A stretch of DNA of 64,000 bases from an uncultured Candidatus Saccharibacteria bacterium (GTDB taxonomy: Bacteria > Patescibacteriota > Minisyncoccia > Phycocordibacterales > UBA9988): positions 8,848 through 72,847 of the forward strand of contig CAYNXC010000003.1 in NCBI GenBank assembly GCA_964401135.1, written 5' to 3'. Position 1 is the stretch's first letter. Each line of letters begins with the position of its first letter. The notes beneath the pieces are model-generated. The model searched no databases and was not told the origin of the DNA. It saw nothing but the letters and a program-made list of their open reading frames with translations. Below, piece after piece: positions 37,675 to 47,726 of the stretch. Both the position numbers and the translations under genes were made by a program.

Positions 37675-39063
37675 TTAACGCTTCGACTCTACTACGGACC
37701 CTGTTTCCGTATCCCGTACCGTGTAGCCCCGTTCATCTATCTGTCTGCGGAGCTCATCCGCACGAGTAAAATCACCATTTTCTCTGGCTTCTTCCCGATC
37801 TCTGACCAGCGTGCGTATCTGCTCGGGAATCTCCCTGTCTACACGATTGGTAAGTCCGAGACCGAGCACTGGGTCGGCAAATTCAGCAAAGATCCGCTTA
37901 TCGTGAGAGGAATAATTTTCATTGCGCATTACACTCCACAAAACCTCTAGTGCTCCGGGGAGATTGAGATCATCAGCAATCTTTTCTTCAAAGGCCTTTT
38001 GTTCGTCCAGAGGAATCTTTCCGCCTTCAGGAGAGACATCGCGCACTATGCGTGAGAGACGATCGTAGGCATTCTGGGCAGCAGAAAGTGCGTCCCATGT
38101 AAAATTCATCTTCTGCCGGTAGTGCGTATTACAGACAAGGTAGCGATAGGCGAGTGGTGAAAATCCTTGCTTCTCAATGTCATATATCGTATAGGTGTTA
38201 CCAAGAGACTTACTCATCTTCTTTCCGTCAACGAGAATAAACTCTCCGTGCACCCAGTAGCGCACTACTGCATGCCCGAAGCATGCTTCGTTTTGCGCGA
38301 GCTCATTGGTGTGATGGAGGAGGAGATCAATACCTCCAACATGAAGATCAAAGAGCTCGCCAAGGTACTTGGTACTCATTGCCGAGCACTCAATGTGCCA
38401 TCCGGGAAAGCCTACTCCCCATGGAGAGTCCCACTCCATCTCTCGTCTCCCCCCACCTTCCTCCACTGAAGGAGAAAATTTCCACAATGCAAAATCAGTA
38501 CTATTTCTTTTTTCTTTGTTCTTCTCAACACGAGCACCTTCGCGCAGACCACCAATATCTAATCCTGCAAGTCTGCCATATTCAGGAAAATGATATGTAT
38601 CAAAATAAATACCATCACTCGTCCTGTAGGCGTAGCCCCTCTCTTCTAACACTCGTATGAATGCAATCTGCTCCGTGATGTGTTCTGTTGCTCGTACCCA
38701 CTGCTTAGGAGGGATGATGTTTAATTTAGACACATCTTCTCTAAAGAGAGTAAAATATTTCTCCGCAATCTTGAGAGCACTTAAGCCCTCACGTCGAGCT
38801 CCCGCAAGCAATTTATCTTCACCCTCATCACCGTCTCCGATGAGGTGCCCTACATCAGTGATATTTTGGGTTGCCTCCACAGCGTAACCTGCGAGCGTCA
38901 AGGCACGCACTAGTGTGTCTACGAGAAGATAGGTACGAAAGTTCCCAATATGTGCAGGGCCATACACTGTTGGCCCACAACTATAGATCCCCACCGATGG
39001 AGGTGAGAGCGGTATAAAATCCTCAACGCGACGAGAGAGCGTGTTAAATAGCTTTAAAACCAT
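37675..39063 (-). CDS. cysS: Cysteine--tRNA ligase
   Basis: CGPTVY, HIGN, DFALWK, GFPGWHIECSAM, KMSKSLGN. Confidence 0.97.
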   Translation of the reverse strand: MVLKLFNTLSRRVEDFIPLSPPSVGIYSCGPTVYGPAHIGNFRTYLLVDTLVRALTLAGYAVEATQNITDVGHLIGDGDEGEDKLLAGARREGLSALKIAEKYFTLFREDVSKLNIIPPKQWVRATEHITEQIAFIRVLEERGYAYRTSDGIYFDTYHFPEYGRLAGLDIGGLREGARVEKNKEKRNSTDFALWKFSPSVEEGGGRREMEWDSPWGVGFPGWHIECSAMSTKYLGELFDLHVGGIDLLLHHTNELAQNEACFGHAVVRYWVHGEFILVDGKKMSKSLGNTYTIYDIEKQGFSPLAYRYLVCNTHYRQKMNFTWDALSAAQNAYDRLSRIVRDVSPEGGKIPLDEQKAFEEKIADDLNLPGALEVLWSVMRNENYSSHDKRIFAEFADPVLGLGLTNRVDREIPEQIRTLVRDREEARENGDFTRADELRRQIDERGYTVRDTETGSVVESKR

Positions 39064-39992
39064 TTTCTGCGCTTAAAGTAGAAGAACATCAAGAGCGTTG
39101 CAATAACCATCCCAAGCAGAATAACCCAAAATCCGTAGAGAGAGTGGACAAGCGGCGTGTACTGTGTATTCATACTAAAGAGGCTCGAGACCAGCGAGAG
39201 TGGGTAGGTGAAGAAAGCCAGAATAGTGAAAATCTTCATTACCTCGTTCGTTTTTGTGGTAAGGAGAGAATCGTTTGTGGTGCGAAGGTCACCCACAATC
39301 TCTTTGTTACTTTCAATCACATTCCAGATCTCGTAGTACTCATTGAAGAGAGAGCGGATGTAAAATGAGAAGCGCTCGTCAAAAAAGTCCCCCGCATCTG
39401 ATTCCAATGAGTTAAGAAGATTCTCGTGATTCTTTAGCGCCCAGCGAAAATCTAAAAGGGAGCGATTCACTCTAGAGATACGCTGAACCATACTTTGCTC
39501 TTTGCCAGCAAATATCTGTGATTCTATATCTTTAAGATTTGAGTTAATGGACTCTAAATCATCTTCAATGGACTGATAGAGCCCCTTCATGATGTTGAAA
39601 AAGATAAAACCTGCATCTACCTTCTCTCGCGTCTTACCGCTATCCATTAACTCTCCTACCTCAAAGAGTTTAGTAAAGTCATAAAATTGATCAATGCGCT
39701 CATAGTGTACGGTGACAATGAAGTCTTTGCCGATAATAAAGTCTACTTCTCGTGAACCAGTAGAACCGTCGTCACTAAATCCTGGACGGCGGTACTCATA
39801 CTCGGGGAAGTAGAGTACGAGGTACACGGCGTTTGAATAGACATCAACTTTTGGGCGGAGAGAGGGGACACTCATCTCTTGTGCCATGATGCTGTGGATA
39901 TCAAACTCCTCTTTAATTTCTGCCACATCATCCGGAGAAGGAGACTCCATGTCAATCCATGTCACCCCACGGAAATTACTCTTGGTAATCAT
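39054..39992 (-). CDS. corA: CorA-family divalent cation transporter
   Basis: NEVMKIFT, FSMNT (variant of GMN), two C-terminal TM. Confidence 0.88.
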   Translation of the reverse strand: MITKSNFRGVTWIDMESPSPDDVAEIKEEFDIHSIMAQEMSVPSLRPKVDVYSNAVYLVLYFPEYEYRRPGFSDDGSTGSREVDFIIGKDFIVTVHYERIDQFYDFTKLFEVGELMDSGKTREKVDAGFIFFNIMKGLYQSIEDDLESINSNLKDIESQIFAGKEQSMVQRISRVNRSLLDFRWALKNHENLLNSLESDAGDFFDERFSFYIRSLFNEYYEIWNVIESNKEIVGDLRTTNDSLLTTKTNEVMKIFTILAFFTYPLSLVSSLFSMNTQYTPLVHSLYGFWVILLGMVIATLLMFFYFKRRKWF

Positions 39993-40018
39993 CGGTAAAC
40001 TATAGTATACTCTCCCGT

Positions 40019-41269
40019 ATGTGGAATGACAAACCGCTCATCCGGACTCTCCTCTCTCTCTTTGCTATCAGCTTGCCGCTCGCATTTTTGAGTGGCGCTT
40101 ACCTGATGCCTCTGGGAAATAAAGCAAATGCAGGCATCTCTTGCGTCCTAAATACTCAAAGTGGAAGGACGGACGATATAGATTTTGCACCGTTCTGGCG
40201 GGCATGGCAGGTTATTGATCAAAAGTATATTGCCACTACGGTCGCAAGTACCAGTACCTCTACCAAGGAAGCGGATCCAAACGCACGAGTGTGGGGAGCG
40301 ATCTCCGGCATGGTAGATGCGCTTGGTGACCCATACACGGTCTTTCTCCCTCCAACAGAAAAAGAATTATTTGATGAAGATATCAAGGGGAGCTTCGGGG
40401 GAGTGGGGATTGAGCTTGGTGTCCGTGACGGAATCCTCACTGCAATCTCTGCACTGGAGGGGACACCGGCAAAACGAGCTGGCATTCAATCGGGAGATAA
40501 GATAATCAAGGTAGACGGTATCAGTACAGAAAAGATGGTGTCAGAGCGCGCCATGACCCTCATCCGTGGAGAGGTAGGCACACAGGTGACACTCACACTC
40601 TACCGCGAAGGGGTCAAAGAGCCCTTTGATATCTCTATTACTCGTGCAATCATTGATATCCCCACGCTTGAAACAAAGACACTCCCTGGGAACATTTTTA
40701 TTATACGGCTCTACAATTTTACCGGGAAGTCTGATTCGCTCTTCAAAGATGCAGTGAAGAAATTCGTAGCAAGCGGGAGTACTAGATTAATTATAGACTT
40801 GCGTGGTAATCCTGGTGGTTACTTAGATTCGGCAGTAGAGATTTCTAGCTGGTTCCTCCCCGAGGGAAAAGTGGTGCTCCGAGAACAAGTGGGGCCCAAA
40901 AGATCAGAACGAATCCACCGCACGACGCATAAGGGTATTATCATGAAAAATGTGCGCCTTGCCATATTAATTGACGGGGGGAGCGCTTCTGCATCAGAGA
41001 TTATGGCGGGCGCCTTGCGCGAGCACGGCGTGGCGAAATTGATTGGTACCAAGTCCTTTGGGAAAGGTTCTGTGCAAGAGCTCGTACCGATTACAAAAGA
41101 GACATCGCTTAAGGTTACTATCGCACGCTGGCTCACCCCTCTGGGGAACTCACTCTCACACAATGGCCTTGAGCCCGACATAAAAGTCATCCCAACAGCA
41201 GAAGATATCAAAGCAGGGAGGGACGCGCAGATGGAACGCGCGGTCTCGTATGTACTCAATTACCGTTAA
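40019..41269 (+). CDS. ctpA: C-terminal processing protease (S41, PDZ)
   Basis: LGDPYT, DLRGNPGG, SASASEI, SFGKGSVQ. Confidence 0.93.
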   Translation: MWNDKPLIRTLLSLFAISLPLAFLSGAYLMPLGNKANAGISCVLNTQSGRTDDIDFAPFWRAWQVIDQKYIATTVASTSTSTKEADPNARVWGAISGMVDALGDPYTVFLPPTEKELFDEDIKGSFGGVGIELGVRDGILTAISALEGTPAKRAGIQSGDKIIKVDGISTEKMVSERAMTLIRGEVGTQVTLTLYREGVKEPFDISITRAIIDIPTLETKTLPGNIFIIRLYNFTGKSDSLFKDAVKKFVASGSTRLIIDLRGNPGGYLDSAVEISSWFLPEGKVVLREQVGPKRSERIHRTTHKGIIMKNVRLAILIDGGSASASEIMAGALREHGVAKLIGTKSFGKGSVQELVPITKETSLKVTIARWLTPLGNSLSHNGLEPDIKVIPTAEDIKAGRDAQMERAVSYVLNYR

Positions 41270-41272
41270 GCT

Positions 41273-41719
41273 ATGAAAGTAATTTTCCTTCGCGATGTCC
41301 CACGAGTAGGGAAGAAGTATGAGGTACGAGAAGTTGCAGACGGTTACGCAAGGAATTTTTTGCTGACACGAGGGTTTGCAAGAATAGCAACAAAGGGTGC
41401 CATAGCGGAATTGAGCGAGAAAGAGAGCTCGCGGAAAAGTAGTAAGGAAGTACAGATCTCTCTCTTAGAAAAAGCTTTGGATAAATTGAGCGAGAGAAGC
41501 CTCACACTTACAAAACCAGCAAATGAGAAAGGCCACCTCTTTTCTCAGATACACCCAAAAGAGATTGCAGAAGCATTGAGTAAACAGATAGATGTTTCCT
41601 TCTCTGGAGATGCAATTATAATAGAAGAGCCCATTAAATCACTCGGGCCGCATACGATAGAGATTGCCGTGCAGGATCACCGCACGGCACTAACACTTAT
41701 TATAGAGAAAGAAACTTAA
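41273..41719 (+). CDS. rplI: 50S ribosomal protein L9
   Basis: [29 protein letters not shown]. Confidence 0.95.
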   Translation: MKVIFLRDVPRVGKKYEVREVADGYARNFLLTRGFARIATKGAIAELSEKESSRKSSKEVQISLLEKALDKLSERSLTLTKPANEKGHLFSQIHPKEIAEALSKQIDVSFSGDAIIIEEPIKSLGPHTIEIAVQDHRTALTLIIEKET

Positions 41720-41988
41720 GAGATGTGGACGATCTTTGCGCGTCGAGTGGTACCGTCAAATCTGTCCTTGCGCGTCTCAGAAAAAGAGACTACCCCCTTC
41801 GCTCCAGCATAGAGTGTATGATCTTTACCGATACGGACATTTCTACCTGCAAGAATTTTGGTCCCGCGCTGACGCACAATAATCTCTCCCGGGGCTACTT
41901 GCTCTCCAGCATAGCGCTTAACCCCCAAGTATTTTGGGTTTGAATCACGCAGATTTTTGGCTGTTCCGCCAGCCTTCCTATGTGCCAT
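41716..41988 (-). CDS. rpmA: 50S ribosomal protein L27
   Basis: [33 protein letters not shown]. Confidence 0.96.
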   Translation of the reverse strand: MAHRKAGGTAKNLRDSNPKYLGVKRYAGEQVAPGEIIVRQRGTKILAGRNVRIGKDHTLYAGAKGVVSFSETRKDRFDGTTRRAKIVHIS

Positions 41989-42005
41989 GGTATAATTATC
42001 GTCAA

Positions 42006-42386
42006 ATGAGTAACCTCGCCATAATACCAAAGGGAAGCCCCATTGGCAAGTCACTCCTTGATCGATTCTTTGTACCCGTCCTCATCATTCTCTCCTGCCT
42101 GCTCTCTTTTGGGGTAGGACGCTATGCACAGGTGCAGGGGAAAACAGAACCAGTAACAATTGAGGAGATCTCACTTCCTGTAGGCGCATATGTTGTACAG
42201 AAAGAAGAAATCTCTCAAAGAGAGGAGGGGACAGTGGTCGCCTCAAGAAATGGAACAAAATACCACCTCCCAGGCTGTCCTGGGGCAGGACAGATAAAAG
42301 AAGAAAATAAAATCTGGTTTGAGAGTAGCGCTGCCGCAGTCGCAGCAGGCTACAGCCCTGCAGCAAATTGCCCAGGCTTAAAATAA
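42006..42386 (+). CDS. Membrane-anchored protein with an Ada-type metal-binding-like domain
   Basis: TM followed by [14 protein letters not shown]...IKEENKIWF...[10 protein letters not shown]. Confidence 0.75.
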   Translation: MSNLAIIPKGSPIGKSLLDRFFVPVLIILSCLLSFGVGRYAQVQGKTEPVTIEEISLPVGAYVVQKEEISQREEGTVVASRNGTKYHLPGCPGAGQIKEENKIWFESSAAAVAAGYSPAANCPGLK

Positions 42387-42493
42387 GATAATCTCTCCAC
42401 CTGTGCGAAACAGGGGAGTGGATAAAGCTACTAGTCTAGCGCGACTATGCTATACTATTCAAGTCACCAAAAGCTCATTAATTCATACAAAAG

Positions 42494-42964
42494 ATGTCTA
42501 TGCAAAAATCGCTCATCTCGGCCATTGTAATACTCGTCGTACTAACCGCAGGGTACTGGTGGTACTCCGGACGGCAGGAGGAGGGGATAGATGGGGATAC
42601 AGCCTCCTCTACCATCCCCATCTCGGAACAGAGTATTGTTACCGTCAAGCATGCTTACAAAAATGGTTCGCACATCATTGTCGGATCTTTGATGCTCCCT
42701 ACACCCTGTGAAGAATTGAGTTGGGATACTATGGTAGCCAAGTCTATGCCCGAGCAAGTTGCCATTAACTTCACCACTAGGACCAAGAGTGGGAGTGAGG
42801 TATGCGCACAAGTCCTTACCGCTCGATCTTTCAAGGTCACTGTGCAGGCGGGTGAGCAGGCGCGCTTTTCTGCAACGCTCAATGGGACTCCCCTACGATT
42901 GAACATAATTGAGGCAGGGGAGGGGGAGGATTTAGAAAATTTTGAAGTGAACATCAAGGGGTAG
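42494..42964 (+). CDS. Membrane-anchored extracellular protein, function unknown
   Basis: N-terminal TM; LPTPC...VCAQV Cys pair. Confidence 0.75.
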   Translation: MSMQKSLISAIVILVVLTAGYWWYSGRQEEGIDGDTASSTIPISEQSIVTVKHAYKNGSHIIVGSLMLPTPCEELSWDTMVAKSMPEQVAINFTTRTKSGSEVCAQVLTARSFKVTVQAGEQARFSATLNGTPLRLNIIEAGEGEDLENFEVNIKG

Positions 42965-42973
42965 AAAATAAAC

Positions 42974-43018
42974 AAAAAATCCCCACTGCTCCAGTTAGGA
43001 GGAGAGTGGGGATTTTTT
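42974..43018. terminator. Bidirectional terminator
   Basis: AAAAAATCCCCACT...AGTGGGGATTTTTT. Confidence 0.85.
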
Positions 43019-43055
43019 GTTATATGATTCTATAGTGTACGAAGCCGGTTCAGAA

Positions 43056-43101
43056 AAAAATATCATGTCGCACAACATAGATTTTGCGACATGATATTTT
43101 T
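43056..43101. repeat. 17-bp inverted repeat (second terminator or REP-like element)
   Basis: AAAAATATCATGTCGCA...TGCGACATGATATTTTT. Confidence 0.75.
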
Positions 43102-43642
43102 AAATAGCTAAGGAGGGGTTGGACCAACAGGGTCTACTCCAATTCCAGTGGCGACTCCCATCCTGCTTGAGTAGATACATAGCGTAGGCAATGTTCCCTT
43201 CTGTCGTATGAAAGTCAAAGCCTAATCCTCTACTGCGCTCTAAATGATATTTTTCATTAATCTGAAAGAGGCCTATATCGCTGGGATTGCGGACGCCTCG
43301 GACCACTTCTCCGGTCTTAGAGTCAAATTGGCGCAGTGAGCTCTCACAGTACGCAATTTTACGAGCTAGGGAGGCATCTACTCCAGTAGACTTGGCGGCA
43401 CGAGTAATACGGTCGCTCATACTAAGATCGACATCTCTTTGGGTACTTGCAGAACCTGTAGCCCCCGTAGCTATGGGGACGGGGGAGAAATCGAACTCTC
43501 CCTTAGCCATAACCAGCTCCATAAAGCTGGGAGCTGTGGTAGACGCATCTAAAATGCCGGACGACTTATCCACAGGGGTACTTGATGCTACATTTGTCAC
43601 TGCTATGAGGCTTGCGAGACCTATTTGTACGGTTCGTAATAT
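43100..43642 (-). CDS. Secreted lytic transglycosylase/lysozyme-like protein; start uncertain (ATA 43642 or GTG 43600)
   Basis: IAYCESS, DIGLFQIN, GNIAYA, HWNWSRPCW; the signal-peptide-like stretch lies upstream of the first GTG. Confidence 0.75.
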   Translation of the reverse strand: MLRTVQIGLASLIAVTNVASSTPVDKSSGILDASTTAPSFMELVMAKGEFDFSPVPIATGATGSASTQRDVDLSMSDRITRAAKSTGVDASLARKIAYCESSLRQFDSKTGEVVRGVRNPSDIGLFQINEKYHLERSRGLGFDFHTTEGNIAYAMYLLKQDGSRHWNWSRPCWSNPSLAI

Positions 43643-43654
43643 AGGCTTGAAATC

Positions 43655-43734
43655 AAAAGAAAATGGCTATACATAAGGGACTACCCGACTGTATAGCCTA
43701 GGTCTATACTAGCAGAATGCAAGCATATTGTCAA
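43655..43734 (-). promoter_or_regulatory. Promoter followed at once by a terminator-like leader hairpin
   Basis: TTGACA(43734-43729)-17nt-TAGTAT(43711-43706); GGCTATACA...TGTATAGCC plus ATTTTCTTTT. Confidence 0.65.
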
Positions 43735-43755
43735 GTATCTTACGGTGTGTTATAA

Positions 43756-43992
43756 CTATGAATCTGCTTTCTCGAGAGGGTAGACTACATAAGTAGTAAA
43801 TGTCTTCACAATCCAGATCCGAGCAGGACGACTTACTACCCAGAGCCCCTTCACTTTCTCTTTCACAAAAGAGATGTTCTGGATAACTTCAGGCCGTGCG
43901 AGCACTGCTCGGACATCCACTCTGAGGACTCCAAGGATTATGACACCGATGATAATTAGGATGATGAGTTTTAAAAATCCTCTCTGCCGCAT
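43756..43992 (-). CDS. Small membrane protein
   Basis: MRQRGFLKLIILIII hydrophobic N-terminus; tgcTATACT 8 nt before ATG. Confidence 0.7.
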   Translation of the reverse strand: MRQRGFLKLIILIIIGVIILGVLRVDVRAVLARPEVIQNISFVKEKVKGLWVVSRPARIWIVKTFTTYVVYPLEKADS

Positions 43993-43995
43993 ATG

Positions 43996-45288
43996 TTACA
44001 AGTATAGCAGAGGATTAAGGTAGCTGTTATAGGACGCGACTGGGAGCGTATAAGTGCGTCCAGAACACCCCTTAGAGGCAAGGTCACGAATCTGCACCCC
44101 CTGAGAGGCAAAGACGGTAAAGTGGAGGTGAGGGCCCGTCGAGTAGCCTGTATTACCAACAAAGCCGATCGTCTCTCCACGAGTTACTACATTCCCCTTC
44201 TTTGTCTTAATAACCGAGAGGTGTCCGTAGAGAGTAGAGAGTCCATTATCGTGAGTGATGACCACCCACTTACCGTAAGAGGCTCCTCTGCAAGTCACGT
44301 CGGTGTCTCCTGCTCCAATCACAGTCCCGTTCTCTGCGGCATAGATGGGCGTCCCGATGGGCGCGCCAAGGTCAATTCCATTGTGCCCCTTCCCGTTATA
44401 CACTCCCGGCTTAGAACGAGAAAAGGAAGTGTCTCCAAACTCCTGTGTGATGATTGGGTTGGAGAGAGGCCAGGTGAGGACCTTTTTCCCTTGAGAGGGG
44501 AGTTTACTGGGATCAAGGATGGTCACAAGTTGTGACTCCAGCCTAGCCAAGTCAGCTTCAAAGGCCTCTTTACGCGCCTTGCGCTCAACAAGCATTTTTT
44601 GGTACTCAGACTCCTTACTCTTAGTCTCATTCAGGAGTTCCTGTTTGAGAGACTTGTTATACTCAGCAACTTTCTTCTTATCAGAGAGGTCCCCACGAAA
44701 GTCTTGTAAAGAACCTTTCTCATTCTCTCGAGCGATCTTATTGGTCTCTAGGTCTCGAGCAATCCTGCGTATATCATCAATACGGCTATCTAGAGAATCG
44801 CCAAGCTGTGCGAGTGAATCAATCTGTAACCAAAATTGCGAGAAATCCTCATTCCCTAGGAGCAGTTCGATGGGAGTAATGTTCTCTTGCTCATCGAGAG
44901 CGCGGACAATAGAGGAGAGGCCATGCTGACTCCGTTCAAGCTCTGTCCCCTTCTTCCCTATCTCTTGCGAGAGTTCAAGAATTTTCAATTGCGAAGCCTC
45001 TATCTTCTTTTCCGTCAGCTTGATATCAGTGTCTAACTTCTTACTCGTTGTTGTGAGATCATTGACCGCGCCAGAGATACTCCCGATCTCTTTGCGAGTT
45101 TTTTTGAGCTCGTCCTGATATTTTTGTATCTCTGCCTCTAGCCGTTTAATTTCTGCATTGCGTGTTTCTATTTTTGCACGCACCTCATCCGCACTCTGTC
45201 CTATCGCAGGAAGAGCCACAAAAAAAATTGGTGCAAGAGTGCACAATACCAAGGCGCAGAGGAATATTTTATGAGAACGATTGTGCAT
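43996..45288 (-). CDS. Coiled-coil plus M23 peptidase (EnvC/MepM-like murein hydrolase)
   Basis: Signal/TM, long coiled coil, HNGID, YGHLS, GYSTGPHLHF. Confidence 0.9.
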   Translation of the reverse strand: MHNRSHKIFLCALVLCTLAPIFFVALPAIGQSADEVRAKIETRNAEIKRLEAEIQKYQDELKKTRKEIGSISGAVNDLTTTSKKLDTDIKLTEKKIEASQLKILELSQEIGKKGTELERSQHGLSSIVRALDEQENITPIELLLGNEDFSQFWLQIDSLAQLGDSLDSRIDDIRRIARDLETNKIARENEKGSLQDFRGDLSDKKKVAEYNKSLKQELLNETKSKESEYQKMLVERKARKEAFEADLARLESQLVTILDPSKLPSQGKKVLTWPLSNPIITQEFGDTSFSRSKPGVYNGKGHNGIDLGAPIGTPIYAAENGTVIGAGDTDVTCRGASYGKWVVITHDNGLSTLYGHLSVIKTKKGNVVTRGETIGFVGNTGYSTGPHLHFTVFASQGVQIRDLASKGCSGRTYTLPVASYNSYLNPLLYL

Positions 45289-46573
45289 GAGCGATGCGAG
45301 CCATTGTTTCTTTTTTCCCAAGGATAGCAGCGACGGTAAAGGGATCGGGAGATCGTTCAAGGCCAGTGAGCGCCACACGGAACGGCCATAGCACTGCTCC
45401 CCTCCCCTCCGCATTCGCATACTCCCATACCGCCTTCTTAATGAACTCGGCACTAAAATCATCTTCTGATACGGCATCAAGAAGTTCAGCGGTGCGGGCG
45501 AGATGCTCTGGTGTCTTTAAGAGTTCTCGTGTAGGTGCTGTATAAGAAGAGATGAAAGAGAGTTCTCCTCCTGGAGCGAGGAGTGTCTTAGCATCAGAGA
45601 GGGTCACCATCCGCTCACGCAGGAGTGGGATGAGTTTAGAAAGCTTCTCAGCAGATACTGGGACTCGTGGTGACAGTGCATTCAAAAGTGCCTCATCCCC
45701 CATCCGCTTAATATACTCTCGATTAAACCAATTCAGTTTCTCACTTGAGAAGATGGCGCCACTCTTCTGTACCTTTGCAAGATCAAAATGCTCCACGAGC
45801 TCAGCAAGGGTGAAGAGCTCTTGGCCACTGCTCGGTTCCTTACCCTGAGGAGACCAGCCGAGTAATGCGAAAAAGTTAGTGAAGGCCTCCGGTACATAGC
45901 CCCTGTCACGGTACTCAGTCACAGCTACTGCTCCGTGACGCTTAGAAAGTTTGCTCTTATCGGGAGCGAGGATGAGTGGGATGTGTGCATAGGTGAAGTT
46001 GGGAGCTCCTAGCGCGCGAGAAATGAGTATCTGCCGAGGCGTGTTGGAAATACCGTCTTCACCGCGGATGATGTGCGTCACTCCCATCACAAAATCATCC
46101 ACCACAACAGCGAGATGGTAGAGAGGTGTCTCGCGGTCTTTTGCAATCACAAAGTCACCAAGCTCACCTACATCAAAGTTAATGCCTCCGCGGATCTCGT
46201 CGTGGAAACTCACTACTCCTCCCGGGTTTTTAAAACGGATGACAGAGCTGTGTTCACCATCTCTCTCTTCAGACTCGTACGCACTCCCCGCAAAAAGGAG
46301 CTTGTCTATGTACTCACGATACACCTTTGTGCGCTCGCTCTGTCGATAGAACTCGTCGTACGAGATACCCAGCCAAGTAAGTCCTTCAATGATGTTCTCT
46401 TCATATTCTTTTTTTGATCGCTCTTTATCAGTATCCTCTATACGGAGGATAAATTTGCCGCCGTACTTTTTTGCGTAGAGATAGTTAAAGAGCGCCGTCC
46501 GCGCACTCCCCACATGAAAGAGCCCTGTAGGTGAGGGCGGGAAGCGCGTAATTACCTGTTGAGCAGGAGCCAT
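45269..46573 (-). CDS. gltX: Glutamate--tRNA ligase
   Basis: TRFPPSPTGLFHVG, LRIEDTD, THIIRGED, KLSKRHG. Confidence 0.96.
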   Translation of the reverse strand: MAPAQQVITRFPPSPTGLFHVGSARTALFNYLYAKKYGGKFILRIEDTDKERSKKEYEENIIEGLTWLGISYDEFYRQSERTKVYREYIDKLLFAGSAYESEERDGEHSSVIRFKNPGGVVSFHDEIRGGINFDVGELGDFVIAKDRETPLYHLAVVVDDFVMGVTHIIRGEDGISNTPRQILISRALGAPNFTYAHIPLILAPDKSKLSKRHGAVAVTEYRDRGYVPEAFTNFFALLGWSPQGKEPSSGQELFTLAELVEHFDLAKVQKSGAIFSSEKLNWFNREYIKRMGDEALLNALSPRVPVSAEKLSKLIPLLRERMVTLSDAKTLLAPGGELSFISSYTAPTRELLKTPEHLARTAELLDAVSEDDFSAEFIKKAVWEYANAEGRGAVLWPFRVALTGLERSPDPFTVAAILGKKETMARIAHAQSFS

Positions 46574-46598
46574 AAAGAGAGTATAGCACGGCTTACCT

Positions 46599-47720
46599 CT
46601 AGTGTGCGGAGGCGAGATGGATGAGTTGTTCTGCGATGAGACGAGCCGCGTCAGGACGGGCAAAGCCTCTTGCAGAGGAGCCCATACGCTCACGGAGTTG
46701 GGCATTATCTATGAGCCGCGTTACTTCTGAAGCGAGGATGCTGGGAGTCAGGTTCCCCTCTTCAATCACTACTGCGGCACCAGAGCGCGCGTATGTAAAG
46801 GCATTATTCAATTGATCGTGCGATACCGATTCCGGGATAGGGATGATAATGGATGGCAACCCCCACTGTGCAATCTCAAAAATGGTTGAACCCGCGCGAG
46901 AAATGATAAGAGTAGCGGCTCCTGCAGCGCGCACCATCTGGTTGTCATCAAGGTAAGCAAAGAGCTTATAGCGATTCTTATGCGGGCTATCGACAAGCGT
47001 CACACTGGTGCGCGCAGCGACATCATCATAGTTTACCCTCCCTGTTTGATGGATCACCTGAAATCGCGTAAGGATGTCAGGAAGTGCATCAACTACCGTA
47101 TCGTTAATACGCATGGAGCCCTGTGAGCCACCGAGAATGAGGATAACAGGTATGGCAGGATCCAGACCAAAGGTCTCGTGAGCGCCCGCCGTCACTGGAT
47201 GCATAATGCGCGAGCGCAAGGGATTCCCTGTAACTGCGGTTCTCTCGGCGGGGAAGAAGTGGTATGCATCAGGGTACGAGACCGCAATCTTGCGTGCAAA
47301 CTTGCCTGTCCACGCATTGACTCTCCCCGGCCCCGAGTCCGACTCGTGCATCATTACGGGTATACCCAAAATGCGCGCTGCAAATACGGATGGGAAGCTC
47401 GCATAAGCGCCTTTTGAGAAGACTACATTCGGGTAGATCCGGAGTACCACCCAGAGCGCCTTACACACGGCGAGTACAGTGCGGATGCTGTCGGTAATAT
47501 TTTTCAAAGAGAAGTAACGACGGGCCTTACCTGTCTGTATCTCACAGTACTGAATGCCAAATTCAGAGAGTTTTTCTGCATCGTAGGGAGAGGTAGAGAC
47601 ATAAAATAATTCTGCATCTGCACTATCTCGTTCTGAAAGAATTTTTTTGACTTCTTCTACAACCGCGATGATTGGATAAAAGTGCCCCCCTGTCCCTCCG
47701 CCGGTGAATAGTATGCGCAT
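46599..47720 (-). CDS. murG: Lipid II GlcNAc transferase
   Basis: GGGTGGHFYP, TGNPLR, GGSQG, SRAGST, HDQLNNA. Confidence 0.96.
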   Translation of the reverse strand: MRILFTGGGTGGHFYPIIAVVEEVKKILSERDSADAELFYVSTSPYDAEKLSEFGIQYCEIQTGKARRYFSLKNITDSIRTVLAVCKALWVVLRIYPNVVFSKGAYASFPSVFAARILGIPVMMHESDSGPGRVNAWTGKFARKIAVSYPDAYHFFPAERTAVTGNPLRSRIMHPVTAGAHETFGLDPAIPVILILGGSQGSMRINDTVVDALPDILTRFQVIHQTGRVNYDDVAARTSVTLVDSPHKNRYKLFAYLDDNQMVRAAGAATLIISRAGSTIFEIAQWGLPSIIIPIPESVSHDQLNNAFTYARSGAAVVIEEGNLTPSILASEVTRLIDNAQLRERMGSSARGFARPDAARLIAEQLIHLASAH

Positions 47721-47726
47721 AAAATT

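Noticed and set aside
43566-43574. Perfect DnaA box TTATCCACA, with near-matches at about 35245 and 42418, as a possible oriC
   Set aside because: The boxes are isolated and one is intragenic; there is no cluster, no AT-rich unwinding element and no dnaA/dnaN
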